Shown here piece by piece: positions 14,029 to 26,480 of a stretch of 64,000 nt of DNA (positions are counted from its first letter, which is position 1; the number at the start of each line of letters is the position of its first letter). This DNA is from Rhizophagus irregularis (lineage: Eukaryota), in NCBI RefSeq assembly GCF_026210795.1, contig NC_089433.1:5084001-5148000 (forward strand), written 5' to 3'. The translations under genes and the position numbers were made by a program. The notes below the pieces were generated by a model. The model was not told the origin of the DNA. It saw nothing but the letters and a program-made list of their open reading frames with translations, and made no database searches.

Positions 14029-15659
14029 ACATTTAAACAAGAACTTACAAATATAAGACATCAATTAAAGTCATTAAAAAACATTGAATATTATACAGAT
14101 GGATCACTAGCTAATTGGACTATAGATAATAACAACCTTTTATATAGAGCAGATAATACTACTGTGGATTTAGGGACAGCATTCTATACAAGTAATGAAT
14201 TAGGAGAATTTTCAGTATATTCATGTTTATCTTTATGGCCATCATCAACAAGGGCAGAAATAGTAGCTATTTTCTTGGCATTGTTGACAGCACCAGAAAA
14301 TTCTAATGTAACTATTTATACAGACAGCTTAGGTGCTATTAATTCAATTAATTCAGCTTTTAATTCAACTACTAGAACATGGCTTAAAAAGACCAATAAT
14401 CTAATCATTATCAAAATAATTATGCTGATCAGAGAAGCATCTATAAATTTAAAGTTGATTAAAATAAAGGGTCATAGTGGCATAATAGGCAATGATATAG
14501 CTGATAAATTAGCAAAGAAAGGACAATGTGGAAACAATTAATTTAGGAATAATGTAGATTTTATTAATAATATATTATCTTATTTTCCTGTTTTTATAGA
14601 TAAACCTATTGAAGTTAATATTAGAAGATTTATTTTGAAAATATTAGCTACAGGTGAAGCTACTGAATGGTCTTTGTTAAAAAATAATCAGGAATTATGT
14701 TATGGAGATGTTAATCAGATAGACTGGAAAATTACTTGGCTTATTTCCATTATTGCAAGGGGTTTCACTGCAATAGTATGAGAATTAACTATTTATGGAC
14801 TTTTATAGCAAAATTATTTCATAAAATTCTTCCATTAGGATCCATTTTAGCAATAAGAAAACCAAAACTCTACAAGGAAATGAAATGTATTATGAAATGT
14901 AATAAGAAAGAAAATTGGAATCATTTATTTGAATGTCAGGCATATGAGGTAGCTTGGCAAAAAATATTGGAAATTACAACAAAAGAATCTATAATTATAT
15001 GTTTGAAACAAAAACAAATTAGAAGTCAAGGGAAAGATTTTATTAAAAAAGTATTACAAAACATATTAGGAATTACAGCAAAGTCAGAAAAATTTCAAAA
15101 ATTCCAACAACTGGCATTAGAAGCAAGTAAAAGTTGAAACTTGTTTAACAATAAGATTACAAAAAGACTTCAAGATATCTCTTACTGAGGCACAGACACT
15201 TATGGCCAACATGTTAATTCGATTCATTCTAGCATTTAAAGAATTAATATGGAAACCAAGATGTGAACAAGTAATTTTATGGGAAAAAAGAGAAGGTATT
15301 TCTCGAACAGATAAAATTACTTCAGAATCCAAAGCAAAGAACAATCCAAATCAACTTTCAGAATTCAAAGTAAAGGACAATTCAAATCAACTTACAAATA
15401 AAGCTAAAGATTTAAAAATGGGAAAAGTAGATCAACTACAAAAAACAGTCTCTTTGGTAAAGAAATCTATGGATACCTTTGTAAGGAAATATATATGTGA
15501 GGATTGGATTCTGATAAAAAAGAAAGTTGATAAGATTACATTATATATGAGCGAAAAATTATTGGATTAATAGATACAAAAACAATATTTTTATTCTTTT
15601 CTCATTTATGTCTATTTTTATTTATAATCTTAGACATATAATTTATTAATTATTGTTAA

Positions 15660-15745
15660 TTTTATTTTTATTTTTATTTTTATTTTTATTTTTATTTTTA
15701 TTTTTATTTTTATTTTTTGTTTTTGTTTTTGTTTTTCTTTTATTT
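15660..15745 (+). repeat. (TTTTTA)n/(TTTTTG)n microsatellite in the LINE 3' UTR
   Basis: Directly visible hexamer tandem repeat. Confidence 0.85.
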
Positions 15746-16898
15746 TTGTTTATACTTTTAGATTATGGTATATTATTTTGCTATGCTTTTTGGTTACTTT
15801 TATTCTTAATTTTAATTTTATTGATAATATAATATCTAATGTTTGATCGGACTGGCCTGGAGCTGGAAGTATCATTCATAGAATATTTGTGATTATTATG
15901 TAGTCCAAATATATTCTAATAAAATGGTACATGATTCAACATTTTTTAAAAAAAAAAAAATTTACTTGTTATTCTATATTATTAGTAAGTCTAGCCAAAT
16001 TACTTTCATTAATATACTTACTAAGAAACAGTTTATATGTACGATTTTGGTATAATTAATATATATTATATTGCAATTGGAGGACAATTTATTTGCAAAT
16101 TGTGTTTATAATAATATTTTAGCAATATATAAATCCAAATAATCCTCAATGAATGTTATTATTTTAGAAAATATGTTATAATATACAATAAGTAAATATA
16201 AGTTATTTTATAGGTTATAAAAAAAAATGATCTACCAAATATAAATTACAAATTACAAATTTACAATTTATGAAAAATAAAAGGTGTAGCACATTGTGAA
16301 AATTTATATTCTAAATATCAAACACTGGTCAAATACTGGTGCTTTGTATAATTTGATCTTAAACTCTACATTTTATATAGTATATTTAAGCCTAATATTA
16401 AATATTTATACAGTTGATATTATTTTTTTTTATTTAATATCATTGCATTTTACTTAACACTAATTATAGAGTAAATGTAATTACTTTTTTACATAAATAA
16501 AATTAGTTTGTAATTAAATAATCAAATATAAATATAAGATGATTTGAAGAATAACTTACTTAATAGGCAATGTTAAACATACTGCAAATGTAAATATACT
16601 AGCAATTTTCATTTCTCTTTAAAAAACCTATTATTAGCAATTTATTACTAGTAATTATAATCTAGAAATTCATTTTCTTTCAATATAGTAAATTTTTTAT
16701 ATAAATATTTAAGTTATAATAAAATAAAAATGTATAAGAAATTATTGATGAAGAATATTCAAAAACATCATCATTCAGTAAGTATATTATTATATAATTC
16801 TTATTTTTTCTGTCAATAGAATTGTAAAAGTGTAACCTAAAATTTAATATTTATAGCTCCAAAAAAGCTGCTTTATTTGTATCATTGCATATGAGCTA

Positions 16899-16998
16899 AT
16901 TTGGCTAACTTGATGATCGGAATGTCGATCATTTTGGCCAAAGTTAATGTTAATTTTAGCCAAAATGATCGACATTCAGATCATCAAGTAAGTCAAAT
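16899..16998. repeat. 100-bp near-perfect palindrome (MITE-like hairpin) about 170 bp upstream of the kinase ATG
   Basis: ttgatgatcggaatgtcgatcattttggc ... gccaaaatgatcgacattcagatcatcaa. A single arm occurs at about 45417-45466 before the paralog. Confidence 0.85.
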
Positions 16999-19900
16999 CC
17001 GCCCCATGATTATATTTTAATCTGCATTGCATTGTACTGTATGACAAATTTATTGAGTAACAGTATTAGATTTATAACAATCATTGCATATTGTGTAATT
17101 ATTTGACACCTTCTCATTAATTAATGTCTATTGTTTTTTTTTTAATAAAAAACAAAAAACTTTAAACCATGACATCTCAAAATGATATTATATGTGTAAG
17201 CTGTGATAAAATATATATAGATATTGATTATAAATGGTGTAAACAATGTGTAATAAATAACTTAAAAAAAAATTTGATGAACTGGACTAGTGGAAATGAA
17301 AAGATTGATAATTTTATTCAAAAAATGCAATTAAAAATTGATAGTTTTGATGATATAATTGTTGAATGGATACCTTACAGCCAATTCAATAATGTTAAAA
17401 AAACAAACAAAGATGGTTTTGCTACAGCAATATGGAAGGATGGTTTATTAAAATATGATGAAAAAGAAATGAAACATAAAAGAATATCTAATATAGAAGT
17501 TTCTTTAAAATGCTTGAGCAATTCACAAAATGTTATTAATGAATTTTCAAATGAGGTATGAAGCTTCTATTTTTTTTGTAATTTAGTCTTAAAATACTTT
17601 TATTATAACAACTTTTTATATTAACAGGATAAAACATATTCCATTAAAGTAGATGAAGATGATGAAGATTATATTCCTAAAATATATGGAATATCCAAAA
17701 ATCCAGATACAAATGATTATATTATAGTACTTAATAATAGTTATTGCAAAGAATGTGGTGAAATATATACAAAAGTACAGAGAAAATGGTGTAAACCATG
17801 TCAAATAAATAATTTAGAACTAAATCTCACAAACTGGACTAGTGGAAATAAAATAATTGATGAATTCATTCAAGAAATGCAATTGAAAATTGAAGGATAT
17901 CATAATATAATTGTTGAATGGATACCTTATAACCAATTCAATAATGTTAAAAAAATAGGGAAAGATGGCTTTGCTAAAGCAATATGGAAGGATGGTTTAT
18001 TAAAATATAATGAAGAAGAAAGAAAATATGAAAGAAAACCTAATAAAGAAGTCACCTTAAAATGTTTGAATAATTCTCAAAATGTTATTAGTGACTTGCT
18101 AAATGAGGTATAAAACTTCTAATTTTTGTAATTTAATTCTTAAAGTACTTCATTATAACAATTTTTATATTTAACAACAGGCTAAAGTATATTTCCTTAG
18201 TCTTAAAATATATGATAATACTCCTACAATATATGGAATATCCCGAAATCCAGATACAAATGATTATATTATAGTACTTAATAATAGTTGTTGTAAAGAA
18301 TGTGGTGAAATATATACAGAGATAGATTGTAAATGGTGCAAACCATGTCAAACAAATAATTTAAAACAAAATTTTACAAACTGGACTAGTAGAAATGAAA
18401 AAATTGATGATTTCATTCAAAAAGTGCAATTAGAAATTGAAGGTTTTAGAGATATAATTTTTGAATGGATACATTATGACCAATTTAACATTATTAAAGA
18501 AGCAAGCTTTTCTAAAGCATATTTGGCAATATGGAAGGATGGTTCATTAGAATATAATTATAAAGAAATAAAATATGAAAGAAAACCTAATAAAGAAGTC
18601 ATTTTAAAATGCTTGAATAATTCTCAAAATGTTATTAGTGGCTTGCTAAATGAGGTATGAAACTTCTAATTTTGTAATTTAATCCTTTATCTACTTTATT
18701 TTAACAACATTTATATTTAACAGGTTAAAACATATTCCATTAAATTAAATTATGAATATGATATTCCTAAAATATATGGAATATCCCAAAATCCAGATAC
18801 AAAAGATTATATTATAGTACTTAATAATAATAGTTATTGCAAAGAATGTGGTGAAATATATACAGTAGTATGGCAAAAATGGTGTAAACCATGTCAAATA
18901 AATAATTTAAAACAAAATTTTACAAATTGGACTAGTGGAAATGAAAAAATTGATGATTTTATTCAAGAAATGCAATTGAAAATTGAAAGTATTGGAGATA
19001 TAATTGTTGAATGGATACCTTATAACCAATTCATTAATGTTAAAAAAATAGACAAAGATGGCTTTACAACAGCAATATGGAAGAATGGTTTATTGAAATA
19101 TAATGAAGAAGAAAGAAAATATGAAAGAAAACCTAATGAAACTACTTTAAAATGTTTAAATGATTCTCAAAATATTATTAGTGACTTGTTAAATGAGGTA
19201 TATATGAAACTTTTTATTTTTGTAATTTAATCCTTAAAAGTACTTTATTGTAACAACTTTTATATTTAACAGGTTAAAGCATATTCTACTAATTTAAATG
19301 AATCACATTGTATTCCTGTAATATATGGAATATCTCGAAATCCAGATACAAAAAATTATATTATAGTACTTAATAATAGTTATTGTAAAGAATGTGGTGA
19401 AATATATACAGAAGTATGGCAAAAATGGTGTAAACCATGTCAAATAAATAATTTAGAACTAAATCTCACAAAATGGACTAGTGGAAATAAAATAATTGAC
19501 GAATTCATCCAAGAAATGCAATTAAAAATTGATGAATATCACAATATAATTTTTGAATGGATACCTTATAACCAATTCAATAATGTTAAAAAAATAGGTA
19601 AAGATGGCTTTAATACAGCAATATGGAAGAATGGTTCATTAGAATATAATTGTAAACAAATAAAATATGAAAGAGGACCTAATAAAAAGGTCACTTTAAA
19701 AAGCTTGAATATTTCTCAAAATGTTATTGGTGACTTGCTAAATGAGGTATAAAACTTCTAATTTTTGTAATTAATCCTTAAAAGTACTTTCATTATAACA
19801 ACTTTTCATATTAATAGGTTAAAGCATATCAATATTCTATTGAAAGTGATGAAGATTATATTCCTAAAATATATGGAATATCCCAAAATCCAGATACAAA

Positions 19901-22900
19901 AAATTATATTATTGTACTTGAAAATAGTTATTGCAAAGCATGTGGTGAAATTTATACAGATATAGAAGCTAAATGGTGTAAACCATGTCAAATAAATGGT
20001 TTAAAACAAAATTTTATAAATTGGACTAGTGGGAATGAAAAAATTGACAATTTTATTCAAAAAATGCAATTAAAAATTAACAACCATAAAAATATAATTG
20101 TTGAATGGATACCAAATAACCAGCTTAATAGTATTAAAGAAATAGGTAAAGGTGGATTTGCTACAGTCTATTTAGCAATATGGAAAAATGGTCCATTAGG
20201 ATATGATAAATATAAAAAGGAATACAATAGAGTAACTAGTAATAAAGTAGTTGCTTTAAAATGCTTACATAATTCACAAAATATTACTAATGAATTTTTA
20301 AATGAGGTATGAAATTTATTTTTTTAGACTTCATTAAATACTTCTAAATAATAATTGTTTTACTTTTTGATAGGTTAATGCATACTCTATCAGTAGCTCT
20401 TTTAATGATCATTTTGGAATAGGTAATGATGGAATTCTCAAAATATATGGGATATCCCAAAATCCAGATACAAATAACTATATTATTGTACTTGAATATG
20501 CAAATGATGGAAATCTTAATAATTGCAATAATAATATCATTAGAAATTATCGTTGGAATGAAAAATTACATGTACTAAAAAAAATTGTTAAAGGTTTTAA
20601 AAAAATTCATGGAAATAATAAAGTACATCGTGATTTTCATACAGGAAATATATTGGTATCTGTTAGGGATTCCATTTATGGTAGCACTGGAAATTCTTCA
20701 AGTGATATATGTATTTCAGATATGGGATTATGTGGAGAAGTTAGTAATATGGACAAAACAAAAATTTATGGAGTTATGCCATTTGTAGCTCCTGAAGTAT
20801 TAAAAGGAAAACCATATACTCGAGCAGCAGATGTATATAGTTTTGCTATGATTATGTATTATATTGCAACTGGAAGACAACCTTTTGCAAATTGTGCTCA
20901 TGATAGTGTGTTAGCATTAAATATATGTAATGGAATTAGACCTGAAATAAATGAACTAGAAGCACCAAAATTTTATATTGATTTAATGAAAAATTGTTGG
21001 AATGCTGATCCAGAAAAGAGACCAAGTGCTATTGAAATAGAAAAACTGTTCAATGATTTTACTTATTCTAGTAAAGAAGAAATTAAAAAGCAAGTTGAAA
21101 AAGCAGATGAATATAGAAAAACAAATTTTTTGTCAACTGGAAATAGTCAATCAATTCATCCACAAGCTTGTTATACTTCTCGATTACTCAATCAATTTAC
21201 AAAAGAACTTCCAAAACATGATGATACTTACAGTATTTCAGCAGAAATTATTGATTTTACAGAGTATGTAGCATTACTTAAATTATTTTTTATTTTTATT
21301 GAAAATTTATTAAATTATAAATCATTTTATAGGTATTTTATCGAACAAAAATGAAAAATAAGTCAATTAGAACATGCATCTGCACCAAATAATATAAAAT
21401 ACATTTTATAAAAATTCATCTAAAAAAAAGTGATGAATATAAATATAGAAGGTGTAACACAATTGTGAAAACTCATCTTCTAACACTAAACTCCTTATGT
21501 TAGATAAGATGTGACAAATTTAACTAATATTAACTAGTAACACAATTTTATGATTAGGATTTTTTTTTTTTGTTGATATCATTGTATTTTGTTCAACACT
21601 AATTATAGAGTATATATATGTAATTTTTTTTTACATAAATAAAAAAATTTAGTTTGTAATTGAACAAATAAAATATAAGATTTGAAAATATTATTAACTG
21701 TTAATTTTATGATGATTAAAATTAAGAAGTAAGTTAATAATAAATATAATAAATATAAATATACTAGTAATTATCAATTTTTTTTTAAACCTGAATTATT
21801 ACTAATAGTAGCTTCAATAGTGTATTTATTGCTGATATTTTCTTTCAAAATAATATATGAAATATAACTGCATAATAGGAAAATTTCATCAAAGTTATTA
21901 TATGCTCAATTACAGATGAATATAGTGTCTCTTTATTAAAGATTAAGTTATGAAAATATTGTGACAATACTTATTAATGGAATGCAAGAAATTGATGCTG
22001 TAATTTATAGAAATATGGTATACAATTTAAAATATATAATTTTAATCTAGGCTAGGACTTTATCATTACTCTTGTCAAAAAAAAAGAATTTGTTAAACTC
22101 TCACCATACTATAGAATATTTACCTAGATTTTTCTTCTTTTACTGCTAATTAAGGGTAATAAATAAATATTTAATGACTATATTAATATGCTTTAAATTA
22201 TATAATATGTTTAATATGTTTATAAAATAGATTCATATATATATATCAACGTTTTTTTTTCAAGCATCTTTTCTTGGCAAGTTCCCTTTCTACGGTATTT
22301 ACTTAAAAAAAAACAGAGAAACTATAGTCCAGAAACCAATATGTTAACTTTCAACAGTATATATTAGCTTGGATTAAATTCAATAATAGAATAAAAAATT
22401 CAGCAAAATTTTCATTATAAGTATCTTTTTGTAAATGCTTACCATAATAAATATAAAATGATGCCGATTCAGATAATTTGGAAGCGAATGTACTTTGTAC
22501 AGACAAAAAAAATATGTATTTTGAGAATTAAGTTATTTAAATTGATAGATAAATTACACAAATTAATACATAATTTCATACACAATATCTTTGATGTGTT
22601 TATTATAATATCAAATAAGAGTATAGTAACATAGAAATATGTTTATAAACTCATGACTAATTAGATAAAATTAGCTAGGTCAAAACGAATCTACAACTAA
22701 AGTGATTTCTAACGATACTAAAAAAAAATTATTATTAATATAAAGGAGCTAAAATTTCACTATATTTTAAAATTTGAATAGTAAAATTTGCCTAACCAAC
22801 AATAAAATTATAATCACTTAAATTTCTTTAAAATATTATAGGAAAAAAAAGAAATAAATTTATATCAAGCAAAGTTTTTACTTTTGGAAAATTTTTCATT

Positions 22901-23070
22901 GTAAAATGAAACAATTCTTTATTTTTATCTTAGAATACTGACAGGTAAAGTTAAAGCTTTGGATTGATATTAACCGCAGAATCAATTTAACCTTATTACC
23001 TTTATTTTACAATCATTCTTTACAATTATAAAACTGTGAAGTATAAATCTACTTTAATCCTGTTATTCCT
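16900..23070 (+). repeat. Segmental duplication unit (kinase gene plus flanks), paralogous to about 45417-51727
   Basis: Colinear similarity of the upstream region, gene and about 1.7 kb of downstream non-coding DNA (e.g. caagttccctttctacg, gattcagataatttggaag, ggtcaaaacgaatctacaactaa, ttattttacaatcattcttta in both). Confidence 0.9.
17169..21354 (+). CDS. TKL-type protein kinase with six tandem Cys4 + kinase N-lobe modules (about 1230 aa)
   Basis: Exons 17169-17555, 17628-18107, 18181-18654, 18724-19197, 19273-19746, 19818-20306 and 20374-21263, plus a probable last exon 21333-21354. The first six introns are GT-AG phase 0 and the frame stays open. Catalytic motifs: GKGGFA, VALK, HRDFHTGN, SDMGL, GVMPFVAPE, ADVYSF, CW..DP..RP. 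Confidence 0.92.
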
Positions 23071-23399
23071 GTGCATTATACTAGTAACAGGGCTTATATC
23101 ACAAGGATAATTAATTTAGTTAGAGATCAAACAAAACTATTACTAGGAAAAATGTAGAATTTTGTAGAAGAAATTTATTTTAGAAATTTTGTTACAATAA
23201 AATGGAAAATTTTTATTTTATTGGTTTTAATATCTTTTTTTTTTTTTTATAACTTTAACCTTTATTAATATTGTAATATTTATGCAATATAATTTATACA
23301 TCCGTTAAATAAAGTAACTATCTAGAAAATAAAATCTATCTATACCTACCTTGCTAAAAAAAAAAAATGTTAGTATACCACAAAAATCTAGCAGTGAAT

Positions 23400-24810
23400 C
23401 TCTTAAGAGCCTAATTTCATACAGATGTTAAGATTGTTAAGTTGTTAAGTGTACATCCTAGGGGTACGTGAATAACGAATTTTGCAGCAAAACTAAACTT
23501 GACTCCTGCTTTATCATCCTGTAACTAATTTCTCAAATTTGTTTACCTTATTTAACAGTTATTTCTTCTAACTTCTCCTAACATAAATATTACATTATTT
23601 AGATTTGTTTGCATATTAAACGAAATATTTGCTTATTCGCTATCAGAGTCATTTCTTCTTCCCTGAATTGATACGATGCATTTTTTTTGTTTTCATTCAA
23701 TTTTTCTGTATCTGAGTCCACAATCTTATCTTTTCCTTTATTAATTATTTCTTCTTTGCCAATAATCTTGGCAATTCGTGCACTAAATTCATTATTTAAT
23801 TGATTGAATTTTCTACTACTGCCTTGGTCGGCATTGGAGAAATCACTGATATCTTGAGACCTAATAACGCATCTTCAAATTGTTCATCCTCTGAAGGAAG
23901 CAGTGCATTTCGGTCTATTGTTTTTCAATATCTTGGCTTTTTAAAACTTCCATCTCTACCAATAATTTCATCTTATTCTTTATTATGTAAGCCTTTACCC
24001 AGGTCTTCATTCATGGCAGATTCGTATGTAGCCTTAAATAAATTTTGTTCATTATTAAAATCATTAAAATATTTTTTATTTTGTTTTTTTTAATGATTTT
24101 AGCGAAATGGCCTCCATAATTTCGTAGGTAGTCCTTAATCAGCATTTACTCATTCATATACATCTCTTTTTCATTTAATTTTTGACCACCTGTTAACTAT
24201 ATCGTTTTTTAATGTCATTCGATGAAATTTTTACATCAAACATTCTGAAAAAATATAAACGTCCATCATGAAAATAGATTCCATATTTTTTGTTAAGCAG
24301 ATTTTAGTCTGGACAGTTTTGTTTTTATAATTATGTTTGACCCATACAACCCACTTGTTTCATCACTTCATATATCTCTTCGTCTTTTCAATAAGACAGA
24401 ATCTTAATCACATGAATTATTGGCAAATATTTATCCAAGTAATTACTATCGGCAGTTGTTTTAACTGGAACCTCCCATTTTAATTTTTCCGATTGTTAAG
24501 CCTTTTTGTTAGTCTTATTTTTTTTGTTACTTTTACTCGTTTCACATTCTTTTCCTGATTTTAACCTTTATTTTTAATTCTAATTCAGATATAATTGCTT
24601 CGTATTTCTTTGTTATCTTCTCATCTTTCAATATTACTCATTTTTTATCTTTTGTGTCATTTATAATTTTTTCTAAATTTGAAATCTACTCCATGTGCTT
24701 TTTTATTTTTCTTGTTAGAGTGATATTGTTCTTTTTTTTCCGTTTACTGGACTTTCTAATTTGCATAATTCCTTATCCCGCTCATATGACTGTGGATTAT
24801 TGCTGTGCTC
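23400..24810 (-). pseudogene. Heavily decayed intronless coding relic, possibly retroelement ORF1/gag
   Basis: The minus strand gives K/E-rich coding-like fragments (e.g. IINKGKDKIVDSDTEKLNE) with many stops. A T-run at about 23236-23248 could be a polyA tail. Confidence 0.35.
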
Positions 24811-25102
24811 ACTGGGAAGAGAAAATTTTTTGAGAAAGTCCGTAAAGTTTTTCTATTAACTCTATTAAAAAGTGTACTATAAACATCAACTTAGACAGTC
24901 GTTCCATATATTCTTCTGTTCTTAAAACAATATTACATACTTAGTCTACTGGTATAGTATCAAAAATCTTCAGGTTAAAGTTGTTAAATTCTTGCATTGA
25001 TTTTATCTTGTATATTTTCATTAAAAACCTTTGCTCAAAGTCCTTAAAGGCTAATAAAAACTTCTTCATAAAATTGTTTATGAGCTCTTCCCGAGTTAAA
25101 AC

Positions 25103-26480
25103 TACCCTATAAAAAAATTGGATACGTTTTTTATAAAGTTTTTATACGATTTTTTTCCTTAGAAATCACGTATCATAATAGGATATGGAAAAATGCACAA
25201 TTCTGTATCACTAAAAATATGGTTTGGATACAGTATTTGCACGGAATTCATATGGAATTTACATGATTTGATCACTGATTTTATCACAAAATTTATACGA
25301 TTTGGTCACTGAATTTACTATTTGTATTACAGTTTACTATAATTATATTTACATAAACTTTATTAAATTAAATAAAAAATAAAAAATAAACAAAATACAA
25401 ATACATTAGGAAAATTCCCTCCTTATTAAAACCACCTATTGCAACCAAAATTATCTATAAGTTCAGGTTCATTTGGAGTCAAATAACCTAAAAAAACAAA
25501 AAAAGAAACATAAGAACGTCTAATTTAATTGGAAACAAAACCCCCTTCATATAGTATCTGATATCGTCCAAGTTACCAAAGGTCACAGCATTCCTACAAA
25601 AAAAGAAAGAGAACTCCAGAATGTCTGACCTACATAAATGAAAAGAATTATACCAAAACAACAAAATAAATCCAAAACTGACCTACAAAAAAAGAAGACT
25701 CTGAAGCAACAAAACTGAAACAACCTACAAAAAGAAAAGAATCTGAACCTAACTTACAAAAAAAAAAAAAAAAAGAAAAGAAAATTTGAACTGACCTAAA
25801 AAAAAAATAAATCCTGAACAATCCTACAAAAAAGAAAAAAGAAACTGAATTTTCTCACAAAAAAAAAATCTGCTGGACTATGAAATAAAAAAAGGGATAA
25901 ATATAAATAAAAAAGAAAGGGGAATAAAGAATAAATCAAAAAAAAAATATTTTTTTAAAAAGAGGATAACGAAGTTACGAAAGTTAAAAAAAATTTTTTT
26001 TTAAAAGAGAGGTGACGAAAAAAGAAGAAAAATTTAGAAAAAATAACAAAAATAAGATAAAAGAAAAGAGAAGGAAGGGAGATCAAACTCATCAAAGTAA
26101 GGGTTTATATAAAAAACTAGAATATGCAATTTGCCAGAGGACTTTATCCCCAAACATAACATTTATAATTAAAAAAATTTTTTGATATAAATAAATTGAA
26201 TTGTATGTAAAATATTACCAAATAATAAAATTTTATATAATTAGACCCTATAAAAAATCATGTTTTTAATAAGGTTTTATACAATTTTTTCTTAAAAATA
26301 ATGTTTCTAATCTATATAGGGGATATGGAAAAATGCACAATTCCATATCACAAAAATGTATCATTTGCATGATTTGACCATAATTTATGCTGAATTTATA
26401 TTGATTTGATCACAGAAATTACATAATTTAAGCATAGAATTTACACAATTTGGTTAATAAACTTACAGCTTACTGCTTAA
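25103..26480. repeat. Pair of ~240-bp diverged direct repeats (about 25103-25340 and 26244-26480), likely DNA transposon termini
   Basis: Both start accctataaaaaa and contain ggatatggaaaaatgcacaatt and tgatttgatcac. A related end in inverted orientation (tataggg) lies at about 36240-36423. Confidence 0.6.

Larger units (their letters stand above)
8572..15960 (+). mobile_element. Non-LTR retrotransposon (LINE) with APE endonuclease, RT, RNase H and CCHC finger; inactivated
   Basis: EN motifs (NINGI, ISETN, LGDFND, SRIDQIW) at 8976-10097; RT motifs (APGPSG, QGDAISPLLW, YMDD) at 10795-12612; RNase H motifs (YTDGS, RAE, YTDS, KGHSG..GN..AD) at 14030-14541; CxxxC..HLFEC near 14890-14935. T-rich 3' UTR, polyA ending at 15960, TSD tttacttgtt at 8562-8571 and 15961-15970. 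Several stops and frameshifts. Confidence 0.95.

Noticed and set aside
17616..19991. Repeated minus-strand ORFs starting MTWF(T/A)PF (also 46542, 47105)
   Set aside because: They are antisense shadows of the repeated kinase exons.
8976..20306. RT next to hypervariable repeats suggesting a diversity-generating retroelement
   Set aside because: The RT is a typical TSD/polyA-flanked LINE, inactivated. There is no template/variable repeat pair, and the variation is not adenine-specific and includes indels.
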